Below, in pieces: positions 1 to 33,699 of a stretch of 64,000 bases of DNA. Under the pieces are notes generated by a model, which saw only the letters and a list, made by a program, of their open reading frames with translations, was not told the DNA's origin and did not search any database. The stretch is from Bugula neritina (taxonomy: Eukaryota; Animalia; Bryozoa), in assembly GCA_964035545.1 (NCBI GenBank), contig OZ037767.1, positions 14,512,998 through 14,576,997 of the forward strand, written 5' to 3'. The position numbers were made by a program, and so were the translations under genes. The first letter of the stretch is position 1, and the number at the start of each line of letters is the position of its first letter.

Positions 1-281
1 AAATCACAGCAGGTTGTGCAGTTTTAAACCTTAGCTATGCATAAACAGACAGAGACAAGGTAAAGCGACAATAATTTTAGCCCATCACGTGCTGGGAGAA
101 TGCATCAAAATCTGAAATTAATATGCTAAACTTTTTACCTATGCCTAAAAGTTTGTCTCTAAACGCTACAGACTTAATTACATGCATAATAATTCTACTA
201 TATCAATTAACTATTTTTTCAGACACAATTCAGAACCCATAAAAGTTGAGCGGCTTGCCAGGCTTGTAACTGAACTTTTAC

Positions 282-2739
282 CTGATTGGATAGAAGTTTC
301 TGTTTCAGTATTTGATAGGCCAGGACTATTTGCGCTGAGAGAAGCTGGATCAATGATTTCACATAGCTGCAGACAGTGTACTTGCTGAAGATGCTGAAGG
401 AACTTGATGGAAGATCTTGTAGAGTATTCGCAGTGAATACACAGCAACACTTTTAGTCTCTCTCTACTTTCTCCACGTTCTAAAACTGTAGGAAACTTTG
501 ATTCTTAGATTTACTATAATAATACGGTATGATGAAATGCTATTAATGGTTTTAATACTATAACTGTGGCGTCTTAAAAACTTTTCATACTAGTCCTAGT
601 CCTGTGTGAGTTAGCCATCACACCACCTTGCCGAAGGCCGTGTCGCGCTGAATACCAAAAAAACAGTTTTCTATCAAGAAGTCCATTAAAGACTGCAGCT
701 GGACCACAAGACCAGTATTAGTAACCAACAACTTTTATATTAGGGAAGTAATGCCAACCCCTCCCGACTAAAGCAATAGAAAGGGGAAGAACTAGGACGG
801 GTAGTCTGTGCATGTGACTCAACAATAGCAGTGGACCAATTAAAAATTAATTTGAAGGAAAATAGTTATATAAACTACTTAGTGCACCACTTGAACTCTG
901 CGCTTTCTTAAACAAGTATAATTAAAGACAATGTAGACATTGCCTGGTTTCAGGGTTTAAAAAAAATAGTTAAATACTAAAAAGAACTAGCTAACAAACA
1001 TTATTTCAAAATATTTGCTGCTTGTTACAGATTAGCATGTATAGTTTTTGCAAACTCAAATATTTAAATGAAGATGGTAGTTATAGATAAAAAAACTGTT
1101 AACTTATTAGTAAATAGTGAGAAGTTACTTACCTGAAGATGGGTCATTGGACTTGTGAGACTTGAATGCTGCTGATGCCTTGTACGCCTCTTGAATCTTC
1201 AGGGTCAAGGATGCTGTTAGGTTTCCTACACAGTCAGCTTCTTTGTGTTGGAAGAAAAGTTTTACGTCACTCAAAGCGAACGTGGCCGAGCATGTGCCAC
1301 ATACAAGTGTATCCTGGGTGGTCTTCCCGTCTTCTGACAGAGATACTGGTGAATCCACTTTGTCTATTTCTACCAAGTCTTCTGCAAATAGTTTCGCACA
1401 ATCAGCAACAAAGTTTGCAGAGGAAAACTAGTTATTAAGTATGCAGAATCAAGCGGACTTCTCAGTCTTTTGTAGAAATGATTTTTATAAATGATTATCA
1501 TAATGATCTTTTTTGTGTAAATTTTCTAAGCTTAAAATTCTGATTTGCCTGTTTGCTGGACTTAATAGAATTAATTAATTTACTAAAATTATCATTTTGA
1601 AGACAAGTTGAAATCCACACCCAGCTCTTGACAATAGGGTACCAAACTCAATCAATACTCAAAGGTCAACTCTTGTATGGAGTGATAAAAACCATGTTGT
1701 TACTATTATACTAAAACAGTTGTCACGTACGTACTATTAGCTTTCTATGCCTTTGCATTTGCTAGCATTATCGGTTTTACTAAACATAACTTTCTACTTG
1801 TGTGTATCTACATATTCACCTTCCTAAAGCTCACAGCCAATTAAATTTATTATTGAGCCGTTTGCCAAACGCTATTTTACTAGCAACTGCAGTGTGTTTA
1901 TAGGAAGTACTTTATATGTCTCAAAAGTCTATAAAATATATTAAAAGTTCTTTGTGCAATATATATAATTTCTTTCCTAGTTGTAAATAGCTTTTTTCTA
2001 TTTAAGTGTTTGAGCAGACAATATTGCTTAATCATTTCAAGGAAACTAGCATGTTGAATGCCAAAATTCTATATGATGGCCATATGCTGCATGCAATAAC
2101 TACTTCAACTCACCATAATTAGAAGATTTTATAAATTAATAGAATGCAAAGGTATTGCACAATTAATTTATTTTAATTAATTTAAATGGTTGTTAACTCT
2201 ACCAGCAGAAATGTTATCATATGACCATATGATTTGTTTGTATCAAAATTGGCTCAGCTATAACTGTAGCTGCATTAAAGTAGAACCAAGTACATTATAG
2301 TTAGAGGCTTGCATATGAGATAGTTTCAGAAACATTAGGAACTTGAATCAGTGTCAATAAAGCTATATCTGCATTGCTTTTATAATCTACACATGCCTAC
2401 TTTATACATGTTGCTACATGCCTTCTTCAAGGTAGAGCTTCTTTGCAAAATTTAAGATCTCAAAACAATTCATTACCAAACATCCTAACTACACTACTTT
2501 ACTATTTAATTGCTGCTCAAACATGTTTATAGCTTTTCTGTTGGATTGCTTGAGCAATCGAAGGCACTTAAACACATATAATTACATAGTGCTATAGCTA
2601 TGTAGAGCACTAGCTGCCTACCTGCAGGGGTTGTCGCTCTTCTACGGTGTTTGACACTAGCCTCAGGTGTCATGAGAATATCCATATCATTTGTATGGTT
2701 GATAAGCTGTACAGGTCTGTCTTGCTTTCTTCGTGACAT
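282..2739 (-). CDS. bcl11: BCL11-like zinc-finger transcription factor, paralog A (5' part only; probably continues beyond the left edge of the window)
   Basis: Exon 2739-2622 encodes [12 protein letters not shown]...TTPA and ends at donor G|GTAGGC. Exon 1381-1133 (tttgcag|...G|GTAAGT) encodes the CCHC finger DTLVCGTCSATFALSDVKLFFQHKEADC. Exon ~479-282 (ttttag|; likely donor G|GTAAAA, otherwise the frame stops at 211) encodes the C2H2 finger CIHCEYSTRSSIKFLQHLQQVH. All introns are phase 1. The motif order matches the BCL11 N-terminus (NuRD motif, ZnF0, ZnF1). Confidence 0.85.
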
Positions 2740-5325
2740 GACACCAACAGTTCTGGATTCCCACAGACCCATGTAGAGATGCGCACTGCCAAAGACCGCT
2801 GCTGTAAGTGAAGTCATCGTAGCGCCAACGTCGTTGCCAATTTACACTCCAGCAGTCATCGCTTTTGAATTGACAATCGCAGGAACCGATGGACACTATT
2901 GGATTTCTGTTGCAGGTAGATGTGTAATAGTACATCGTATGATATGCCATCTGACTGCAGAGTTTTGGGGTGTTTCCATGGTAACGCGACTGCTCACTCC
3001 ACCTGCTAATCATAACCAAGTCCACGCTGTCCCAGTTGACAAGTTCTGTAGTGATTAGTGGCGGTAAAGCTCAACAGATTAGTAAAACGTTGGGTAAACC
3101 AGACGTTACTGGTAGGCACTTGTCAAGATGATGAGGGAGGTATTTTTTACTCATTATATCAATAGTGCATGTTGTACTTTATGGGATTGCCTAGTTTTAT
3201 AATAGTTGTGGTTGCACAATTTAGTGGGTCGACTCAGTTTTGCTAATTAATGCAGCAGCACCAGGAATTAAACAATAAGATCTAAGGCTAAAAATGCAGC
3301 TTAAACACAATCTCTTCAATTACAGCAATTTTATGTGCAGACTTATGAAGGTTGAAAACATATATGTCAGTGTATTTATATTATGGAGTTCTTTTATTTT
3401 AGTAATAGTTTTGTTTAAAAATAACTGCTTGCAACCTCAGTTTGTTTGTTTTCAATTTATATTAAGGAACAGTTAAATTGCTATTAGAATATAAAGCAGC
3501 AGTACCCATCTAGCTATATCTGTAAAATATATTGCCATATGGTTAGGAGAAAGTAACTCCATACTACTTAATATTTATGTCTGATCTGACTTTTCATATA
3601 ACAGTTTATTTATAAGTTTATACTGTGAAACAAAAAAATAGAAAGTGGCAAACTATGATGTAAAACTTTATTTTTAAAAATCTTCTTGGAGTTACCTACC
3701 CATGTAGCAGTTAGCAACCGCAATTATTTAGTGCTTTACTTCATATCAGTTTAGCTAACATTCTTTTCGATGCTCTTGTTTACATGCCTGCGTGAGATGG
3801 TCATAGGATAGCAGAGAGAAGCCTTCAAACTACAGCTGCCAGACTAAATTCAGCATCAAACCTTTCAGCTATTTCAGCTATTATATTTTCTAAAGCACAA
3901 TTTGATTAGCATCATAAAAGTTTTAGAAAAAATATATTTCTTATAGCCATATATAGCAGGTTTGCAAATCAAATGCTTTTTCACTTGAATTCATTGACTT
4001 CATGACTAAAATTACAAAGAAATTTTTAGGTTTTTAAATATGATTTGGTATATGTATTAGTTTTAGTATAATAGTATTTATATACTATACGGGATTGTGT
4101 TGTCTTGAGAAACAAGAGAAAACAACTAATGCTATTTTTGAGATATTTAGCTTTTAAAGAAGACAACTCTAAACTTAAAAAGCAAACTTATCATTTTAGC
4201 CTTGCTGAAAGCCATGATGTCCTGTGTTATATAGGAGATGTGATATAAATTTCATGATATCACAATAACTTGTATACAATACAATATCAATATACAATAT
4301 ATCCATTATGATGATATATTAAAAAGTATATTTTCCTTACGATTACATTATATATATGCATACAGCGTTAATTTCAATTATTATATTTTGATTCATTCAA
4401 ATTTAACAACAAACTGTTGATCATCTTACGATAGTTTGAATATTAAATTTACATGTTTTAATTCAACTTTTCTCCATTATTTTGTTCCGGATCTTGTGTT
4501 TACAAGACAAGAAAAAGGCGTGCATTTATTACTTCAGTATGTGTTAAAATATATATTTTGTTTTGTTTAGGCTTAGCAACTTTTCTTTCAGTATTTGTGT
4601 GACTTGAAATATTGGTTTACTTATATGTTAAGGTAAACCAAATTTAAGAAACGGTAACGAGGTGAAGGGTTAGCGGTGCTCATAGATTAGTGGTTTAAAC
4701 CCCAGCATATAGTCAAAGGTGGCACCCAAAAAACATTATAGGAATATTATACATAAACTTATTGTGCAAAGAACATGCTAGACAGTTGAGTAATACAGAA
4801 AGGGTAAAATAAGTACAATGCACATAAAACGTTAGCTTTTTAACTAAAAGTTTTTTATAGCTTTTTTGCTAAAAGCTTTCTTTAGCTTTTTCCCTGAAAG
4901 CTTGTACAGTAACAATGGTAAAGTACAAGCAACAGTGATCATCATGTACTGGGTCAGTCTAAACTGATCTTGCATGCATGGGAACGCCATATTATTATAT
5001 TTGATATCTGGAATATGCTAGTACAATAGGATGCTAGATGTGCCGTAACAGCTATTCATTCATACTTTATTAACATTTCTTTTGTAAAAGTAACCAATAA
5101 TAGTAGAGAAACTTTGTTTCGTAACACAGAATGTTATAAAGTTATACAACAAATACACATGCTGGTATATACCTAAATGACTAATATTAATATAGTAAGG
5201 TTGTAAAAATATTGTATAACAAGGCAGCATGTGGCACACTAATATACCTATATAATATTTACATTTGGATATATTACAGTGTGTCAATCAAATAACAAAA
5301 TATACTTCAGCATTGACTCTATTAT

Positions 5326-5336
5326 TATATATATAT

Positions 5337-5410
<74 letters not shown>
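5326..5410. repeat. (TA)n microsatellite
   Basis: Direct reading. Confidence 0.97.
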
Positions 5411-5413
<3 letters not shown>

Positions 5414-6048
5414 TTGGTACAAAACTTCACATTACATTATAAGGATATAAAAATGCTATTGAGACAAATAGGCAAAAGGTTAAAATACTTTATTAGGGTA
5501 CCAAAATATATCAATCATATTATTTTTGATTTATTATGATAATATTTCATCACATCAGTTTTAAATACATGAAATAATATATTATATAATATGCTTATAT
5601 AATAACATATAATTATTTATATTACAACCACCGGCAACTAATTGAGTATGTATTATTTGGCTTTCACATGATAACTATATAAAGTACATGATAAGTACTC
5701 TGTACAAAAAACTACCCCTTTCCCCTTTTCTTCCACTCCTTGTGAGTCATAACAGGTTTCAGTTAATGAGAGGTATAAGCAATGAGTCATGAATCAAGTA
5801 TAATTTTTAGAACTTTCTAGAGATTTGTTTTCTCTTAGTCGGCTGTAACTTTCATTAATCCTTGAAATAGAAAAGTCTACTAATGAAATTCAATTAGTTT
5901 AAAGATAAACCCTCAAAAAGAGTATAAAGTTGACAGTTTCATATCTACTGTATTTGATCTAGTGCCTATATTATATTTCTCAAACAATATTTCAAGTGAG
6001 AATATTACTTGCTAACAAATAAGAAATAATCAAAGCTGATGTGCATAA

Positions 6049-26072
<20,024 letters not shown>

Positions 26073-27052
26073 TCTCGACTCTGTCGGTAGAATCATAACG
26101 AATGACCGCCGATCGTGTGGAGACAAATTGACAACCTCGTGGTTCTGCTGACCTCACAACATGGCTGAGCCTAAGCGCCAGCTGCGTTCCCGTTATCCGC
26201 TGTTGGACACACATTAGCTACTAGTACGACCACTACGCAACCACTTTGTTGAACTTTCAGAGCATATAGCACTTGCTTTTTGACACGCCCACATGTATCA
26301 TAATTCTATGCGCTTTATGAATATATACGTATTGAACCCTCACATGCAGAGTAAACGACCAATAGCCACTTTCTATTATCGGTGTAAGTATTTCATCACC
26401 TTTGATCGAGGTTATGCAAACAGAGTACCATCAGAAAAAAACGATGAAATGATTTAGTGCGTTTTTTACACATATATATTCAAATAGCACCGAGGGCCTA
26501 GATAGTGACGCACCTTGTTATCATCTACTTTTATAGAGAAGGTAAATCTTTATCTTAGATTAAAAATTATAAAAAATTTTATGGCAGTGGTATAAAAATT
26601 GTTGGTGGTAAAAAAATATCCAGTAAAATGCTTGTTTATGCTCTCTACATTAAACAAAATATAAAACCACAACTTAATAAACAAAATTACTCTATACAGC
26701 TAAAACTAAACCAATAAGTTCTACACTACTCAACTTTCACACACTTTTCACTAATCCATGTTGTTTTTATATTCAAATATCTATATTTTGTCAACTCTAA
26801 TTTATTTTTATGCAAAGAAATCAGTATAATTTTTTACTCATGTAGTAATATAAAAAAACAAGATTATCTCCCTCGGTTTAAATAATTTGAAATAACTGCC
26901 ACTCTCTGTACTTTGTGTCATGCATAGTGTTCAATGTAACGTAATAACTTTTGAATTTTTATCATTCATTGTTACTCTGAAGTGGTGCCTGAAATATCAG
27001 TATAATTACTTTGCTTAATAATGTAATAAAACAACAATATTTCTCGTATACT

Positions 27053-27065
27053 TATATATATATAT

Positions 27066-27130
<65 letters not shown>
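27053..27130. repeat. (TA)n microsatellite at the 5' junction of the Penelope-like element (partner tract at ~28582-28629)
   Basis: Direct reading. Confidence 0.95.
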
Positions 27131-27133
<3 letters not shown>

Positions 27134-28579
27134 CTATATAAAATCAACCAAAAGTTTGGAAATACCTTCGGTCTATACCGTGATGACGGCCTAGGAGTAA
27201 TCAACGACACTGCAAAAAATATAGATAGAATTAAAAAATCAATCTGCAAAATTTTCCAAAAACATAATCTAAATATCACCATTGAAGTAAACAAAAAAGT
27301 CGTCAACTATCTAGATATAAATTTTGACATTAGCAAAAGAACACACAAACCCCATGTAAAACCTAACAGCGAAATCCTATATGTAAACTCCAAATCCAAC
27401 CATCCACCCCATATCACAAGAAACATCCCACAAGCCATAAACAACAGGCTCTCCAATCTCTCATCTAACGAAGAAGTCTTCAGTCAAACAACAAAAATAC
27501 ACCAAGAAGCTCTAAGTAAAAGTGGATACACACATAACCTAACATTCCAGCCAACACATACCACTAGCAGACCAAAAAGAGAAAGACGACGAAACATCAC
27601 ATGGTATAACCCCCCATTCTCCAAAAGTGTATCAAGCAACCTGGGAAAACAATTTTTTAAAATTCTGGAGGAAGAAATACCCAAAGACCACAAACTCTAC
27701 AAAATTTTCAACAAAAGCAACATAAAACTCAGTTACAGCTGCTGCAGAAATTTAAACAACATAATCAACAGCCACAATAAAAGATTACTCAACCCAGCAA
27801 ACCAACCTCCTCGAGAATGTAACTGCAGAAACAGCACAGTGTGCCCACTAGATGGAAAATGCCTCACAAAGTGCATCATATACCAAGCTACAGTTACAAC
27901 CAAAGATGGCAGCCAACCCCAGACTTACGTGGGAACATCAGAAACAGAATTCAAAACCAGATTTTATAACCACAAATTAACTTTTAACAACAAAACAAAA
28001 AAGAACCATACTGAATTGAGCAAATATATCTGGAAACTAAAAGACAAGAACACCCATTTTGACATAACATGGAAAATTATGAAAAAGACCAACTCATACA
28101 ACAAAGTCACTAAAAGATGCAACCTCTGCCTATGGGAAAAATATTTCATAATATACCAGCCCAGCAAATCTTCCCTTAATAACAGAAATGAAATTCTATC
28201 CACATGCAGACATGCACGTAAACACTACCTGGGCAACATCACATAACAATACTAACAACTCTCAACCATAGTACTACCTATTATAAATTAGCCTTTCCAT
28301 CAAACATCTAGCTTTTATAGTTTAATCCTTTAGAAAAAGAGCAATTTAATTAATTAATAGATAACACCAAATCCACTACTATGTTTGCATTTCGTTTTAC
28401 GTTGTGTTTAGCATGATAATTTTCTTTATGTAAAAATTTGAATAATCGGTATGCTTCATAGATTTTATTTATTTTTAGTCTAACACCTGAGGAGTGCAGT
28501 TTACTGCACGAAACTATATAGTCGTGTAAGATTTTTTAAATAAAATATATATGTATCATTAACAATCTGAACACACTAC

Positions 28580-28580
<1 letters not shown>
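27131..28580 (+). mobile_element. 5'-truncated Penelope-like retroelement (RT C-half + Cys-rich linker + GIY-YIG endonuclease; probably Naiad-type)
   Basis: Stop-free frame 27131-28246, of which the ORF track shows only the last 135 aa. It contains the RT motif GLYRDDGLG, VNYLDI, YVNSKSNHPP, ITWYNPPFS, CNCRNSTVCPLDGKC, then CIIYQATV...TYVGTSETEFKTRFYNH and RCNLCLWEK...CRH. Flanked on both sides by (TA)n. Confidence 0.92.
28483..28527 (+). ncRNA. Minimal type I hammerhead ribozyme in the 3' region of the Penelope-like element
   Basis: acac-CTGAGGA-gtgcag(ttta)ctgcac-GAAA-ctatatag-TC-gtgt: conserved CUGAnGA and GAAA core, perfect stem II, palindromic short stem III, GUC cleavage triplet (cut after 28523) and stem I acac/gtgt. 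Confidence 0.88.
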
Positions 28581-28629
<49 letters not shown>

Positions 28630-29326
28630 ATGCATAGAAGTAAATATAACTGAATTGGTGAATATAATTATCAGGTAAATTTTACTAAATATAATACAAT
28701 AAATATATGTATAAATGTAACCTTAAGTTAATATAAGGGAATGGTCAAAATCTCTTTTAAAAGTTAAAAGTTCATTCAAATTTTCAAAGCATGAAAATAT
28801 GGTGATTGAATATTGTTCTGTAGTTCTTTTTGTGAAATTGGATTTCATAATTTTATATTATTGTGCTACAGAGTTCCGATTTCCTACAAACTGTAAGAAA
28901 AACTTGAGTGTTGCTGCATGTGACTGATTCAATGTTGTAGAGGGAAAATGTGGGCGTGTTTTATAAAGTTGAATAATTCCTCAATAGTTATTACTTATTC
29001 TAACTGTAATAATCTCCTACGTCCGAGAGAATTATAGCTTCACAGTGCACAATATATTCAAAATGCTCCTTGTGTTTTTTAAATTGTCTTCTCTTGTAAT
29101 TCCTAATCTCGAACCTTAATGCATTGTATTGATGGCAAAGCAGCTAAAAAGTTTTAAATTGCTAAGATGACTGTGAAACTTTTGTTTTACCTCACCAATA
29201 ACCTTCATTAGACAACCAATAATCATCAATAAATTAAAATAAAGATGATTCACATATGACATTGTAAGTTGATTTTTGTTTTTACACATTGAAATCAACA
29301 GCAATACAAGGAAGTTCGAATGGCTT

Positions 29327-29493
29327 TATGAGCAGCTCTAAGTTGGGAGTGACTAAGTTCAGTTATATATAGTTTTCGGTTCTCAAGTTTGGAGTTGGGG
29401 GTATAAATTGAAACTTGCTTAACCCCCAACTCTAATCTTGAGAACTGCAAGCTATAACTACACTCAGTCACTCCTAACTTGGGGCTGCTTATA
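29327..29493. mobile_element. Palindromic MITE-like element (~165 bp imperfect inverted repeat)
   Basis: The left arm agcagctctaagttgggagtgact...tctcaagtttggagttggggg pairs with the right arm cccccaactctaatcttgaga...agtcactcctaacttggggctgct. Confidence 0.65.
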
Positions 29494-29599
29494 GAACCAT
29501 TCAGGAAAGTCATCCAATTGTAACCTCTTAATAAGAAAATGCATGAAAAAGAGAAGATAATTTCAGACAAATTAGTTAATTAAAGAGATTACAACTCCA

Positions 29600-29950
29600 A
29601 TAAATGAAAATGAAAAATAATTGCCCACACTGGGAATCGAACCCAGGTCCTCCTGGTCTTGCAAGCAAGTGTGCTACCATTACATCACGGAGGCCACTGG
29701 GTAAACTCCACATTACATCCCACCCAGTTCTCTGAACTCCACTGGCCTATCTACTACTCCTTCAGTATTCAGGCTCTCCTGGCCACTCAACGATCCCTCG
29801 GAGTACTACTACTACACTTTACTAAAGGCCGAAATAGCTTGAAAAATAATTGCTCCCACTGGGAATCGAACCCAAGTCCTCTGCATGGCTTGCAAGCAAT
29901 TAGTGTGCTACCATTGCACTACAGGAGCCACTGGGTAAACTCTACATTAC
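29600..29950 (-). repeat. Two tandem tRNA-derived (Ala-TGC-like) SINE heads or tRNA pseudogenes
   Basis: The minus strand at ~29695-29622 and ~29930-29851 has an A-box-like GTAATGG/GCAATGG, a ttgcaag anticodon region and the B-box GGTTCGATTCC. The copies share flanking sequence (ccactgggtaaactc..cattaca), and acceptor stems are imperfect. Confidence 0.6.
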
Positions 29951-30307
29951 AGAAAACAATTTAAAAGTTACAGAATCCATTTTAACATGATTACAATAAT
30001 AAATCTCAGAAATCAAATAGTAAAAATAATCATTCCAACACAAAACTTGGCTTCTAGAAAAATCTTTACAGTGCTAGATTTTTTCTGAGTAAACACAGAA
30101 TTTTCCTTATTGTAGCAACTGCTTTATATTACGTAATATGATTAAATTGTTTTTTATATACCAGAAAAGTGAGTAGTGTTGATGTTTGAAACAAAATTCC
30201 ATGTAGGTGCTGAACATTGGTTTAACTTTTTATAAGAGTTTTACATTTGGTAATTGTCTTTTCTATTGCAGCTTGTATTGGTGCATATAATACTCACAAT
30301 CTTCAGT

Positions 30308-30850
30308 ATGTTATAATATGTTATGTGTTATGTGTTACATGTTATATGTTATATGTTATATGTTATATGTTATATGTTATATGTTATATTATATGTTATA
30401 TGCTATACGCTATATGTTATATGTTATATGTTATATGTCATATGTTATATGTTATGTGTTATATGTGATATTATATGTTATATGCTATATGCTATATGTT
30501 ATGTGTTACATGTTATATGTTATATGTTATATGTTATATGTTATATTATATGTTATATGCTATATGCTATATGTTATGTGTTACATGTTATATGTTATAT
30601 GTTATATGTTATGTGTTATATGTTATATGTTATATGTTATATGTTATATGTTATATTATATGTCATATGCTATATGTTATATATTATATGTTATATGTTA
30701 TGTGTTATATGTTATATGTTATATGCTATATGCTATATGTTATATGTTATATGTTATATTATATGTCATATGCTATATGTTATATATTATATGTTATATG
30801 TTATGTGTTATATGTTATATGTTATATGCTATATGCTATATGTTATATGT
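30308..30850. repeat. (TATGTTA)n 7-bp satellite with variant units
   Basis: Direct reading; explains the CYMLYVI-repeat ORFs. Confidence 0.97.
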
Positions 30851-32441
30851 GAATCATCTTCATTTTAATGTAAAATTTCTTATTTTTTTATATGTTTACT
30901 AGTGAAACATTTTGAACAATTGTCTTCTTCATTTTATATAAACCAAGTGTTGTCAAGAAATTGGAATAAAGTCACAATGTAAAGTTGTCAATGAAATTAT
31001 GTATGATCAAGTTAGGCCATAAATTAACATGTTTAACAATCACTGACCACAAATATTAAAAATATATTCAAAATTATAGAATTATATATATAGCACTTTA
31101 GATAATTCTCAAAACCTGTGTTGACTTCTAAATCACTATGAGAAGCTTTTGCATATCAATAGTTGTTAACAATACAAGCCCATAAATGCAGAGGATATAA
31201 ATGACCTTGAAACATTTTGACCTTGAGAACAAGTTGAGCTAATTTGATGTCAGTAAGAAGAAGGTATAAATATTTAGCTGGTAAAGTATAATTGCAGAAA
31301 ACACCAGAAGGAAACTAGAGAATATAGATGTAGACTGAAGGTGACCCAAAGCAGAAATAGTATGGCACCACTAATAGAGGAAGTGATGTAACTAAATGTT
31401 GCAGAAGACATTAGGTCAAACAGAGGAGAGTAATTCAAATCACGCAAAATCTTTCCAACTTATGAAAACAAAACTTGGTGAAAGAGAAAAATTGCTACTT
31501 CTAGCCGTTACACTTGAATCATTTTATTACAACTGTAGTAGAAATGAACGTGTATAGTAATATTTTTAATCGCAAATAACCCAAAATGATGCAAATCTGG
31601 GTACATTTAAGCTATCCTATATGTATTGGTTGAGCAGCATTTTACACGTAATTGTCTGCTCAGAGTTTATTACTTTCACTCCTGTTAGCTGATCTGTCAA
31701 TTTTAGATAATGCATATTCTGAAACTCAAATTGGTTGACTGATGAACTTTTCTAAAATGCTTTTTAACATTAGGTTGAGAATTTTATTAAACCATTTCCT
31801 ATATTGGCTGTATCATTTCTCAATCAGCGTTGTAGATGTAAAAATATCTCTATCAGAGCGTTTGTTTTATCATTTGCATCTTTTCAAGTTTATGAGTAGC
31901 ATTTCTACCTGTCAAAATATTGCATCAAGATTGCGAAACATCAAAGTAGGGCATTTGGTTGATATTTGAAGGTTTGTTATCATATCCTGTTGCAATAAAA
32001 ATTACATCACAATGTAGGACAATAATATGTATATATTATATTGGCTACATATTTTTCAAAATTTTGCAATTTTAAACTTATATGACCAACTTTAGGCAAA
32101 GCATTAAATAATTTTTGGAAAAGGAAATAAATTATAAGTTCTAAAATTAAAATCTAGTGCTTTATTACTTCTAATATTTATTTTCAGTAGCAATTTTCTA
32201 AATTTAGCAGCTGATCATCTACTATTAGTGACATTGAAAATATGTGCCAATAACCATGAGCGCTAAAATCACATAAATCACTGATGGTAACGAGCATACA
32301 GGTTTGAAAAGCGATTTTCATCGCCCCAAGTAGGCCTCTTTTCAAAAAATCATAGAATCAGTTAGTAATGCTTTCAATTGGAAAGTTTCTTGACAATAAG
32401 ACTTTACATGAAATAACCATGAAACTTGCATGAGCATTTGA

Positions 32442-32443
<2 letters not shown>

Positions 32444-32504
<61 letters not shown>
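32444..32504. repeat. (TA)n microsatellite
   Basis: Direct reading. Confidence 0.97.
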
Positions 32505-32507
<3 letters not shown>

Positions 32508-33699
32508 TTTTTTAATCAAATATTATTCACTACTGCTATGAGTCACTGTATAATAACTATTGATGAGCCATTGTTCTATTTCTTCTTGAGGAGTTATCTT
32601 CTCCTTTCAAGATTGGAGCAGAGTTCATGTTGGCTCAAGCTACTTTAAAAATCTCTTGTCATGGACATATACCAATATAATTTGAATTATTGCAATTGTT
32701 GCTGTCTAATTATGCCGGAATTTTAATTTCATCACTAAAAATATTGCCATCCTCCTCAATATATGTAACAGTTTAATAATTCCTTAATACCCTTAATTAA
32801 TATTTTAATTGAGATTATTTATTAAATTTATTTTAAATAAACGCTGCTGCTAATGCTGCTTCATAATAAAATGAAATATCTTCTATAGAGTTCAGATCTG
32901 AAATATTTTAATATTTCATTTTGTACTTAACGGCTGCTTAGAGTCGTGTTGTGTCATTATAACATTAATATACTCGTAATATAGTTGAACAAAACATTAA
33001 AAATCTTTTGAAATACGTTTATTTACAAGTAATATTTTATTAATTTTTTCTAAAAGGCCTCCGGCTAATATATTTTAGAATTTATAATGTATAAATTTGG
33101 TGCAAAATTAAATTATCAATTAGAAAAATGTCTTCTTTTTTGCAAATTAAGTTACAGTACACTTGTTGATTGTACCATGCATCATGATATATATGCATAT
33201 TATATCACATATACTATATAATACATATTAAATATTGTATATTTTATGTTATATATAATGTATATTATATAATACAATATAGGTGTATTATATTAGACAC
33301 TATACATTTTATATTGTATATTAAATATAATATATGATTTATTATAATTATATAACTGTATATTATGTATATAATATGTTACATATATTACTCATCATAT
33401 ATCACTCCTTGTATATTATATTTTATCTAATGTAAGAGTAGAAATGTTATATGGATAAACATTATAGCCAGCTGCAGGTATAAAAATAGGTCAAATCAAC
33501 TTTCAGAGTAACTTTCCATGATCATTTCCTCTGTAAAAGCATTGAAAAGGTTTTATTGACCATAATCCAGTAGATTACCATAACAACCTCTACCCATCAT
33601 CAATAATAACCGTATACATAATATAGTACATTATAACTGTTTACTATATTATTATGTGGTATATATACTCATATATGGTGATAAAACCAACCACCAGAA

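Noticed and set aside
27131-28246. Selenocysteine recoding, as reported for some Naiad Penelope-like elements
   Set aside because: No in-frame TGA in the retained frame; the Cys positions use TGT/TGC.
29622-29930. Functional tRNA-Ala genes
   Set aside because: Acceptor and anticodon stems pair poorly and the flanks are co-duplicated, which fits SINE or pseudogene copies better.
30247-30902. Long Cys/Tyr/Met-rich ORFs
   Set aside because: Translations of the 7-bp TATGTTA satellite in all frames.
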